A stretch of 45,103 nucleotides of DNA from a virus. Taxonomy: Duplodnaviria; Caudoviricetes. Position 1 is the first letter of the stretch. The number at the start of each line of letters is the position of its first letter. The translations under genes were made by a program, and so were the position numbers. Shown piece after piece: positions 29,304 through 37,123 of this stretch. The notes beneath the pieces are model-generated. The model was given only the letters and a program-made list of their open reading frames with translations, made no database searches and was not told the DNA's origin. The DNA lies in IMG/VR virus record IMGVR_UViG_3300032212_000030, positions 1 through 45,103 of that record; one strand, 5' to 3'.

Positions 29304-30143
29304 TTACATTCCGTATACTTTTGAATCTGTCACCGCCAATTTCGCTCTATATCGAGCAATCGCACCAGCATCTTTTTGACCAGCTGGGCTATCAATATAC
29401 TTCTTATCTGCAAAGAGTTGAGCTTTAGTCTCGTACCCTTTAGCTGATGAGTTAGCTTGGTTGTCCCCTCTGAATCTATCTTGAGGCTCAGATGGTTCTT
29501 GATGACCAACACCCTTCTCGTACATCGCTTGTAGTCCAAGCATTAACGCTTCAGAGTGGTTACCTGATTGGATGTCATTGTTGAACGCTATCTTCTGTTC
29601 GTCTGTCATCTTCTCAGCATGGTAGGCCATAACGATGTCATAGTTCTCTTTGCCACCCATCATCTCGTGATGTGTACTAAGAGTCTCTTTCATCTCATAG
29701 GCACCTAACTTAATCTCAGACTCAGTTAGTCCCGCCTCAGTAAGTTTAGCTGTCATCTCAGGAGTCAGTTGCATCCCGTTCTCCATGAACGCTGGTACCA
29801 ACTCACGAATAGTGTCAAGGCGTTTCGTCTCAGTCTGCATCTGCTCTTGAGTCTGTTGTACCTCAGCTACTTGAGCTTTCTCAGCATCACTTAGTTCACG
29901 ATTGAGATTAGCGTACTTATCCTCAATACTTTTAAGCGTACCAAGCACATCGTCAATACTCTCGAACCGACCATTAAGCTTACCGTCTTTGAACTTAGCT
30001 TTAAGCTCATCAGTAATAGCGAACCCATCGAACGTTTGCTCAACGTTATCTGAGGGTAGGTTAGATTGTTCTACAGGTGGTGTACCTGTATCCGCTGGTG
30101 GTGTTACTCCTGTATCTACAGGTGGTGTAGTTGCCTCACTCAT
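29304..30143 (-). CDS. Capsid scaffolding protein, gp9-like
   Basis: Acidic; MGGKENYDIVMAY, EQKIAFN, GYETKAQL; upstream of capsid. Confidence 0.85.
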   Translation of the reverse strand: MSEATTPPVDTGVTPPADTGTPPVEQSNLPSDNVEQTFDGFAITDELKAKFKDGKLNGRFESIDDVLGTLKSIEDKYANLNRELSDAEKAQVAEVQQTQEQMQTETKRLDTIRELVPAFMENGMQLTPEMTAKLTEAGLTESEIKLGAYEMKETLSTHHEMMGGKENYDIVMAYHAEKMTDEQKIAFNNDIQSGNHSEALMLGLQAMYEKGVGHQEPSEPQDRFRGDNQANSSAKGYETKAQLFADKKYIDSPAGQKDAGAIARYRAKLAVTDSKVYGM

Positions 30144-30153
30144 CTATCACCTC

Positions 30154-30681
30154 CTAGTAGAACACGTCGGCTTTAAGATTGTACTTAATCCGTTGTGATT
30201 TAGGGCGCATCTCAGTCACCGACAGTTGCATAACAAGTTGCTCAAACTTCTCTACAGGCATTTGGTACTTCTCCATAATGTCTGATGGCTTCCATTTAGA
30301 GTTGATGTAAGCTCTCAACTCTTCAATAGTACAAGGAATCTCTTTACCTTTCTCACCACCAAAACGTGTGCGACCATTCTCTACTGAGTAATCTTCATAC
30401 TCTTGAGCTGACATCACCTGTACACCTTTACTAACAAGTTTAGCTGGTGTAGTTTTAACAGCCACTTCAGTTTTAGGCTCATCAGTTTTAGGCTCATCAG
30501 TTTTAACGGCCACTTCCGTTTTAGGCTCACCAGCTTTAGCTTTTTCAGCTTTGATAAGCGTACCAATCTTAGCTGGTGTAACACCCTCTAGTCCCAACTC
30601 TTCAATAATCTGACCAGCTTTCAGCCCTGTGGCGTGTAGCTCCATAACCTCTTTAATATCAATCTTCATTTCTTCAGCCAT
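30154..30681 (-). CDS. Hypothetical protein with possible N-terminal HTH and EPKT repeats
   Basis: GLKAGQIIEELG; GAGGAGG RBS. Confidence 0.7.
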   Translation of the reverse strand: MAEEMKIDIKEVMELHATGLKAGQIIEELGLEGVTPAKIGTLIKAEKAKAGEPKTEVAVKTDEPKTDEPKTEVAVKTTPAKLVSKGVQVMSAQEYEDYSVENGRTRFGGEKGKEIPCTIEELRAYINSKWKPSDIMEKYQMPVEKFEQLVMQLSVTEMRPKSQRIKYNLKADVFY

Positions 30682-30721
30682 AATATGACCTCCTCTTTAA
30701 TTATGAGCGTAAGCTCTATAA

Positions 30722-30753
30722 AATCTCACTCCTCAATTTTGAGGAGTGAGATT
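30722..30753 (-). terminator. Intrinsic terminator-like hairpin
   Basis: Perfect 14-bp stem aatctcactcctca/tgaggagtgagatt with a 4-nt loop. Confidence 0.7.
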
Positions 30754-30761
30754 CTAAGAAA

Positions 30762-30866
30762 TTACTTTTTCTTTTTCTTTTTACCGAAGTCTGCTACAGA
30801 CTTAGCACCTTTGATGTCTTTCGCATCAATAACTTTAACACCTTCACGTTTCTCTGACTTTGCCAT
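30762..30866 (-). CDS. 34-aa Lys-rich peptide (not in ORF track)
   Basis: MAKSEKREGVKVIDAKDIKGAKSVADFGKKKKKK*; strong AAGGAGG RBS. Confidence 0.65.
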   Translation of the reverse strand: MAKSEKREGVKVIDAKDIKGAKSVADFGKKKKKK

Positions 30867-30884
30867 GGTATCCTCCTTTATAGG

Positions 30885-32375
30885 TTATTGTTGTAGGTTA
30901 GCGATGGCCTGTTCGCCACCAGCCTTACCAGCTGACTCAGCTCCACTCATCGCCATCTGTTGGTCTTGAGCTTGTTGTTGAGCTTGAGCCATCTCTTGTT
31001 TAACCTCATTAGGCGTCTTGACTAAGTTAGCTGTGTTGATGCCGTCGAATGAGGCCCATCTCGTGATAAGCTCTGACTCTTTCAACCAGTGTTTCATCTC
31101 TACAGCGACTAGACGTTGTACGAACGCGTCTTGTTTTTGTGCCTCTTGTGAACGACCTAGTGCATCAAGCCCTGTAAGTACATTAACGTCAATCGTTTCA
31201 AACTTAATCTTAAGTTCTTTCATCACTTGGTGGATTATCCACTTCTGCCAGTCCAGTGCCATCTTAGAATAGATACCAGCTAAGGTAGATGACTCTAGTT
31301 GTTGAGCTTGTATACGTATCTCTTCAGCGGTAACACGCTCTGCATCACGCGTTACTGAGCCTGAGTCAAGGAACGCACTCTTAAGCTCTTGTTTTATCAT
31401 CGCTTCACGCTCGTTAGATGTTTGGAAGTCATAGTTCTTGTTGAACTGGAACGCTGAGATGTCCTCTTCACGACCATCAATCACCTCACCATTAGGAGCA
31501 TCGACGATATCGGACTTGCGTGTACGTCCACCACGTTGATTAACAAGAATTAACGACTTGGCCGCGATTACAGCTCCCTCAGTATTGAGTTTAGCCAACT
31601 TGTTAGCTTGCTCCATATCTGAATAGTAGTCCTCAGCGAATGGGCGGTGGTAGTCATCACCTATCATCCATGTCCAACCAAAGTATCTGAATGGTAAGGC
31701 GTCATAGTCTTTGTATGTTGCTTCATCACCTATCATCTCACCATCAATCTCTTGAGTCATGGTCCAAGACTTAGTTTCTTTATCCATAACAAGTAGGGTA
31801 TAGAGTTCATACTCATCTTTTTCTTCTTTTTGCTCTAGTCCCTCAGGTAGAACAGACAGTGTCTCATTGATACACATCTCATAAGGATTACCTTTAGAGT
31901 CAAGACGTACCACGAAAGACTTAAGAGGGTAGATAACTACACCTTTTTTGGATAACTTCTCAACAACAACTGAGCCAACACCTACTAATTGACGGATAAC
32001 ATCAAAGAGCGATGAACGAATTTGCTGGTTCTCTACTTCAGAGTTAATCGCATCTGTTTTAATAGAGAGGTCAGCGTACATTTGAGCCAGTTGGTCCTCA
32101 TCCCCACCGAATAATTGCAGTAATGCTTCAGCATCAGGCTTGAGTCGGAACGATGAAGTGCTAGGAGGCAGTAGGGCCATACCCATTTTGGCGGTAAGGT
32201 TGTTAATGAGACGACCATTGAAACTTTGAGCTGGTGCGTTCTCCATACCTTTTGTACCTGTTGAGCCATCTTTACGGATGAGGTAGGGTAAAGAGATAGA
32301 TGCGATGTCCTCAGCACGTTTCTCATAGGGTTTACGGTCAGGTACATACTTATTGTACATCTCAGTTGGCGTCAT
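30885..32375 (-). CDS. Portal (head-tail connector), T7 gp8-like
   Basis: SLPYL, NNLTAKMGMALLPP, RDAERVTAEEIR, TGLDALGR. Confidence 0.93.
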   Translation of the reverse strand: MTPTEMYNKYVPDRKPYEKRAEDIASISLPYLIRKDGSTGTKGMENAPAQSFNGRLINNLTAKMGMALLPPSTSSFRLKPDAEALLQLFGGDEDQLAQMYADLSIKTDAINSEVENQQIRSSLFDVIRQLVGVGSVVVEKLSKKGVVIYPLKSFVVRLDSKGNPYEMCINETLSVLPEGLEQKEEKDEYELYTLLVMDKETKSWTMTQEIDGEMIGDEATYKDYDALPFRYFGWTWMIGDDYHRPFAEDYYSDMEQANKLAKLNTEGAVIAAKSLILVNQRGGRTRKSDIVDAPNGEVIDGREEDISAFQFNKNYDFQTSNEREAMIKQELKSAFLDSGSVTRDAERVTAEEIRIQAQQLESSTLAGIYSKMALDWQKWIIHQVMKELKIKFETIDVNVLTGLDALGRSQEAQKQDAFVQRLVAVEMKHWLKESELITRWASFDGINTANLVKTPNEVKQEMAQAQQQAQDQQMAMSGAESAGKAGGEQAIANLQQ

Positions 32376-32520
32376 TAGGTAGTCCTTTTTCTAAAATGTC
32401 TTTAATCTTATCAATGACATCGAGTTGACCTAGTAAGAACTGGCGTTCATTGTCACCAGCCCTAAGGTCCTCAGGCGTAATGTAGATAATGCTTTCAAGA
32501 TAGCTAACTACTTCGTTCAT
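32362..32520 (-). CDS. Small hypothetical protein, 52 aa (not in ORF track)
   Basis: MNEVVSYLES...FLLGQLDVIDKIKDIL...; fills the gap and overlaps both neighbours. Confidence 0.6.
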   Translation of the reverse strand: MNEVVSYLESIIYITPEDLRAGDNERQFLLGQLDVIDKIKDILEKGLPNDAN

Positions 32521-32831
32521 ACTGCGAACCCTAGTCCACTGGTCCCTGAGGTCCCAAGTGTTGATGACTTATCGGTCTTAGGCGTTAGAAACTCAGCATA
32601 GGCATCACCTAAAGGGGAGTCTCCACCAAGCTTAACACCTTTAGCTCCCAACTCTTCAGGCTTAGTGTCTCTAGCGATTTGCTTTTGACGCTCTTGCTCT
32701 GCTCGACGTTGTGCATCTACGCGTTGTTGTTGCTCCTCAGCTATCTCTTCTTGCTTCTCACCTTGGTAGTAAGCAGAACCAGCACCGATAACGGCTGTGG
32801 CGATGAGTGCTGTTGATGTTGCTACAGCCAT
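32517..32831 (-). CDS. Small virion protein (positional analogue of T7 gp6.7/7.3)
   Basis: Hydrophobic A/G N-terminus, Q/E coiled coil, GTSGLG C-terminus; upstream of portal. Confidence 0.6.
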   Translation of the reverse strand: MAVATSTALIATAVIGAGSAYYQGEKQEEIAEEQQQRVDAQRRAEQERQKQIARDTKPEELGAKGVKLGGDSPLGDAYAEFLTPKTDKSSTLGTSGTSGLGFAV

Positions 32832-32841
32832 ATCGTACCCC

Positions 32842-33195
32842 TTAGTTAAATTTTAGGAACATTATACCATTATCTAAACGGTCTGTCACTGTTAAGTTGT
32901 AACGAGAGAACTTTTCTAGTAAATAGTCAGCGTTCCCGTTGAACATTGTATGGATAGTCTCACCTGTCTTGATGAGGTGGATTATTTTCTTAAGAACCCA
33001 CATATCAGCACGTTCTTTAGTCCCCGCAAGTAGTATCCATGCGTTAAGTTGTTCATTCCATATAGGGCAGTAGAAGCTATCGCCCTCAACTTGCACATCA
33101 TTAGCGATTAATTCTTCATATACTTCGTGGACAGGTGATGGCACTTCATAAGTTTCCCTATAGTATGTAAGTATTTCAAGTAATTTCTCGTTCAT
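32842..33195 (-). CDS. Hypothetical protein, first gene of the late operon
   Basis: ORF with AAAGG RBS. Confidence 0.7.
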   Translation of the reverse strand: MNEKLLEILTYYRETYEVPSPVHEVYEELIANDVQVEGDSFYCPIWNEQLNAWILLAGTKERADMWVLKKIIHLIKTGETIHTMFNGNADYLLEKFSRYNLTVTDRLDNGIMFLKFN

Positions 33196-33237
33196 GGTAT
33201 ACTACCTTTACTAAATAATGGAGAAGTATAACATGAA
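33191..33237. promoter_or_regulatory. Quasi-palindromic divergent control region with two facing extended -10 boxes
   Basis: TGGTATACT (+, 33195-33203) and TGTTATACT (-, 33225-33233). Confidence 0.55.
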
Positions 33238-33775
33238 AACGGATTATTTCGCATACCCTTTACCTTTTGTTGACCAATTAAGAGAGATGTACCCAACACC
33301 TTACAGGTTTTCTAAGGAGTTAACGGACTTTATTGACTACATTTATAAACACCCTTATAATAAGTATAGAGAGTTGTACGCAGATATTAGACGTTCACAC
33401 GATGCGAACGATATGGCGAAGCGGTTGTATCTTAATGTGAAGTATTATCTCGACCATCCGCAACAGTTTGGACACGCTATGGACAATATCGCTCCTGAGT
33501 GTTTGGTGGGTATGTGGAAAACGTTTATTGGTATTAATAAAAGAGCAAGGACGATTGGTTTTAAGCGGTATTATGCAACAGATATGAAGCTGTTGAAGCT
33601 AGTGAAGGGTAGGTTGTTTGACCTAATCCTTGAGGAGATTAAGGAGGAGAAGTTCTACATGACTAATGATGATATGGTTAAGAGGCGTCATGGAGTTGGC
33701 CTGAGAGAAAGGAGAGTTCCTAGGGCAGTTCGACTCAGAGGCTCTTATACTGACTACCTATGCAGTTTAGATTAA
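33233..33775 (+). CDS. Hypothetical basic protein (start 33233 or 33218)
   Basis: GGAG RBS before ATG 33233; isolated plus-strand gene. Confidence 0.7.
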   Translation: MKTDYFAYPLPFVDQLREMYPTPYRFSKELTDFIDYIYKHPYNKYRELYADIRRSHDANDMAKRLYLNVKYYLDHPQQFGHAMDNIAPECLVGMWKTFIGINKRARTIGFKRYYATDMKLLKLVKGRLFDLILEEIKEEKFYMTNDDMVKRRHGVGLRERRVPRAVRLRGSYTDYLCSLD

Positions 33776-33793
33776 CGCCTAAACGCACGTCCA

Positions 33794-33824
33794 CCTAAGG
33801 GCAGTTGTTTAACAGCTCTTTAGG
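33794..33824 (+). terminator. Hairpin after the isolated plus-strand gene
   Basis: cctaaggg..agttgt/acagct..ctttagg imperfect stem. Confidence 0.4.
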
Positions 33825-34142
33825 CTTCGCTTTCTTCACCCCTACTCCTCATCGACTTTAAGCTTCATTTAATCTTCTGATTTTTGCATAAGATATACTC
33901 ATGTGGTTATCCCCCACCGTGCCGACACGACTTTCCCCCTATGGGCCTGTCAGAGCGGAGCATGATAGGTCCAATCGTTTGCAGTTGTAGTCAAGCCGAC
34001 AAGGACTACAACTAGTAGGCTGTAACTTGTTAGTTTTATAGGGTTTCGTGTACGTTTTATAGGCCTAACAAACCATTAAGCACTCACCCACGATAATAGC
34101 TTATCAAATAATAATGTCAAGGCCTTATAAACCTTATAGACT

Positions 34143-34215
34143 TCACAATCTCATCCACTATTAGCCTTAGTTCTTCACAATCTACACTAATAACGTCACA
34201 ATCTACACTAATAAC
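34143..34215 (+). repeat. Short direct repeats: TCACAATCTACACTAATAAC twice (21-bp period) plus a partial copy
   Basis: 34175-34194, 34196-34215, partial TCACAATCT at 34143. Confidence 0.85.
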
Positions 34216-34305
34216 CTATAAGCCAGTGACAAATAACAAATAAAAAAATAAATAATCTGTAAGCACCATTTTATTTTTGATAATCGTTATCATACAGGCC
34301 TTAAG

Positions 34306-34345
34306 ATACAAGCTAATTAGTCATATATGGATAATTAGCTTGTAT
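34306..34345. repeat. Perfect 14-bp inverted repeat
   Basis: ATACAAGCTAATTA-N12-TAATTAGCTTGTAT. Confidence 0.85.
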
Positions 34346-34489
34346 TGTGTTAACTCAAAAGCTAACATGAGCCGATAGACTGAAAAAATAAAAATATAAG
34401 TTGTAGCACGTCCAGTCATTCTTTATGTTACCAAACGTAACGCCAAAACGCGTATTTATACATATTTAGCCTAAAGTTGACTTTAGGTA

Positions 34490-34518
34490 TTGACTTTGAC
34501 TTTAGGTTTCAATACAAT
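34490..34518 (+). promoter_or_regulatory. Strong early sigma70-type promoter
   Basis: TTGACT-N17-TACAAT upstream of the first early gene. Confidence 0.75.
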
Positions 34519-34598
34519 TAGGCAGTTAAAGAGCTAGACGGCACTAACTCGATTCAATCTTAGTTACTAGACGGTAGCTACACTAAAAGGATAAAAAG

Positions 34599-35057
34599 AT
34601 GAAAACATTATTAGAAGTTAATAACGGATTAAACAAAGCAAGAACAAACAGTATTAAAGTAAAAGAAGTAAGAGCTACAAGCGTACAGGATGCAGTTGAA
34701 GCTATTTTTGCTTTATACCATGATAAAAAAGAGCTGTTTAGTGGTAATCGTAAAATGCTTATGAAACTAATTATTGCGGACCAACTAGCAAACGTAAATG
34801 TAGATGATTACACTAAAAGAGCGATACGTGTTGCGAACAAGCTTTTAATTGATGGTTATAAGGTCCGTAAAGAGCTTTTAACATTATCACAAATAGAAAA
34901 CCTTATGCAGTTCGATAAAGGGCTTGTAAACGTTCTTATGAATACTGAAGATGATGAGATTTATGTAACTGAAGTCATAGAGCTTATTAAGACGGCTACA
35001 GTTGAGACAGTAACGAAAGCGTTTAGTGCTAAGTTAGCAAGAACTATTAAGGCTTAA
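34599..35057 (+). CDS. First early gene, hypothetical helical protein
   Basis: AAAAGGATA RBS; follows the early promoter. Confidence 0.8.
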   Translation: MKTLLEVNNGLNKARTNSIKVKEVRATSVQDAVEAIFALYHDKKELFSGNRKMLMKLIIADQLANVNVDDYTKRAIRVANKLLIDGYKVRKELLTLSQIENLMQFDKGLVNVLMNTEDDEIYVTEVIELIKTATVETVTKAFSAKLARTIKA

Positions 35058-35075
35058 TGGCCTTAATTAGTACCA

Positions 35076-35118
35076 TTAAGCCACTATAACTACAAGGGGT
35101 AGCTCTGTAGTGGTTTAA
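35076..35118 (+). other. 13-bp stem hairpin (possible RNase III site or terminator)
   Basis: ttaagccactata/tgtagtggtttaa with G-U pairs on the plus strand. Confidence 0.5.
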
Positions 35119-35446
35119 AGTATTAATTTAAAATGTGTAGCCTTATAACGTGTTGTTATAAAGGGATAAAAAAAATAAAAGTTAGTAAGCAAGTGGTTGA
35201 AAACTTTATTTGTGTTGAGGGTGTTATACCTCACAACTAAAAAGCATAACAAAGCTCATTACCTTATCACTGTCCAAGTAGATTAAAGCCGTTTGATGTA
35301 GCAAGTCACGTGGAATAAAGAAGCTAAACCTCATCACATAGAGGGATTAAAACATCTACGAATAAAACTTTTATTATATAAAGCCTTAATGCTTGTAGTG
35401 ACTTGCTTAGTAAGGTTTTCAGAATAAAAGAATAGAAGGATACAAA

Positions 35447-35578
35447 ATGGTAGTAGAAACGATTATAGGCTTAAGTCTATTAGTAGTAGGTGTTGCTTTA
35501 TTTATGTATGAGAGTAAAGAGGATAAAATTCAAAACGATTTTATCGAAAAACATAACAACTTGTATATCAAGGGGTAA
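35447..35578 (+). CDS. 43-aa single-TM peptide (not in ORF track)
   Basis: AAGGATACAAA-ATG; MVVETIIGLSLLVVGVALFMYESKEDKIQ...KG*. Confidence 0.7.
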   Translation: MVVETIIGLSLLVVGVALFMYESKEDKIQNDFIEKHNNLYIKG

Positions 35579-35581
35579 ATT

Positions 35582-35890
35582 ATGGCTTACGCATATCCAA
35601 TATGGCACAACGTTCAAGCGTGTCATTATAAAACAGACAAAAGTTTTGGTGGTAGAGATACTTCAGTTGATAATATAGTGGTGGGTTCTAGTATCTCAAA
35701 CAGTCATGATTTTGTAGACACAGTAACTACTAGAAGATTTCATACTCATGAAAAATATGGAAAAGTTTGCGTTTTTAAATTTAGTGTTGATGGTGTCATT
35801 TTAAAAGAGATGATATTCAAAGATAATAACGGTAGAGCTGGGGAGTTATTAAAAACTAACTCAAAGCTGAATCGAATTAAAAGTTTATAA
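35582..35890 (+). CDS. Hypothetical early protein
   Basis: AAGGGG RBS. Confidence 0.7.
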   Translation: MAYAYPIWHNVQACHYKTDKSFGGRDTSVDNIVVGSSISNSHDFVDTVTTRRFHTHEKYGKVCVFKFSVDGVILKEMIFKDNNGRAGELLKTNSKLNRIKSL

Positions 35891-35901
35891 AAGGATAAAT
35901 C

Positions 35902-36081
35902 ATGTCAATTAAACAATGTGATTGTGGATGTTTAATCACACCACAAAGTATTAGTAAAGTTGAGTGTGACGGATGTTATTACGAGTCACACCGTAAACGT
36001 GAGGCGCATAGCAGTGATTTTATGCAAGTTAGAACAAACAGAAGAGACCGAATGGCTCTTGATATGAGAGAAGGGAGATAA
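35902..36081 (+). CDS. 59-aa Cys-rich (Zn-binding) protein (not in ORF track)
   Basis: AAAGGATA RBS; CDCGC...CDGC. Confidence 0.65.
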   Translation: MSIKQCDCGCLITPQSISKVECDGCYYESHRKREAHSSDFMQVRTNRRDRMALDMREGR

Positions 36082-36082
36082 G

Positions 36083-37114
36083 ATGGGTGCTGGATTAACA
36101 TTAGATTTAAGTGGGGTAGTCAATGAGGCTATCGAAGTGAAGTTAAAAGAGTTGGGGCTTGAAGATAAAATCAATGACGCTCTAGGGCTTGCAGTACAAA
36201 AAGCAAGTAAGATGATTACCGTTACAAACGCTGAGGGTACAACGACTAAAATGGGTGTACAACATAAGCAGTTTGAAACAATCCTAAAACTTATTAGTAT
36301 GGGTGAAAACCTTATGATTAAGGGTGAAGCTGGTAACGGTAAATCTCACGTGGTGGCTGAGGTCGCTAAAGCTTTAAACCTACCGTTCCATAGTATGTCT
36401 GTGTCTAATCAGACCACTAAAACAGACCTTATGGGTTTTGTGGATGCTCAAGGGGTGTATCGTTACAACGGTTTCATCTCTGCTTTTAGAGATGGTGGTA
36501 TCTTCAACATGGATGAGATTGACGCGGGTAACGCTAACGTGTTAGTGGTCCTTAACTCTGCGTTGAGTAATGGTTTTGTAGAGACTCCAGCGGGAGAGAT
36601 GATTTACAAGCATGAAAACTTTAGATTTTGTGCTACAGCCAACACAGTTGGTACAGGTGCTACTAGTAAGTACGTGGGACGTAACAAGCTAGATAGTGCA
36701 ACACTGGATAGATTTGCAGTAATTCACTTTGAGCTTGATGACGCTATTGAGCTGATGTTATGTGGCGGTGATGAGGTTTATCATAAGCCCCTTAAAAAAA
36801 TGCGTGAACTGGCTAACAAGAACTATGAGGAGGTACTTATCTCTCAACGTTCTGCAACACGTCTTAAAAACCTTTTAGAAAATGGTTTTGATGTGGATGA
36901 GGCCTTAGACATCGCGGTGTTTAAAGGGGTGGATGAGGATATCTGTACAGCCTTACGTAAAGAATTTAAAAAACACCATAAGGTGAAAAAGGTTGAGTCG
37001 AAAGTGGTGACACCAGTTGAAGAACCGAAAGCTGAAGAACCGAAAGCTGAAGAACTACCACCTGTAACAGATGATGAGCCTGAGACGGCTGAAAAAGATG
37101 ACTTTGATTGGTAA
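36083..37114 (+). CDS. MoxR/CbbQ/CobS-like AAA+ ATPase
   Basis: GEAGNGKS, FNMDEID, HENFRFCATANT, NKLDSATLDRF, ISQR. Confidence 0.9.
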   Translation: MGAGLTLDLSGVVNEAIEVKLKELGLEDKINDALGLAVQKASKMITVTNAEGTTTKMGVQHKQFETILKLISMGENLMIKGEAGNGKSHVVAEVAKALNLPFHSMSVSNQTTKTDLMGFVDAQGVYRYNGFISAFRDGGIFNMDEIDAGNANVLVVLNSALSNGFVETPAGEMIYKHENFRFCATANTVGTGATSKYVGRNKLDSATLDRFAVIHFELDDAIELMLCGGDEVYHKPLKKMRELANKNYEEVLISQRSATRLKNLLENGFDVDEALDIAVFKGVDEDICTALRKEFKKHHKVKKVESKVVTPVEEPKAEEPKAEELPPVTDDEPETAEKDDFDW

Positions 37115-37123
37115 GGAGATATC

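Noticed and set aside
30447-30528. Tandem repeats here, at ~37020-37054 and at ~30070-30128
   Set aside because: In-frame low-complexity linker repeats (EPKT, EEPKA, TPPVDTG); ordinary
30685-30969. Plus-strand 94-aa ORF and the other opposite-strand ORFs nested in long genes (e.g. 913-1113, 13070-13282, 19562-19843, 36844-37149, 42144-42440)
   Set aside because: Antisense shadows of well-supported genes, with no RBS or recognisable motifs
34143-34215. Short repeats as a mini-CRISPR array
   Set aside because: The two full copies are separated by 1 nt, with no spacer-length unique sequence
35490-35678. 62-aa ORF in the track
   Set aside because: It overlaps two better-supported ORFs (35447-35578 and 35582-35890) that have clear RBSs
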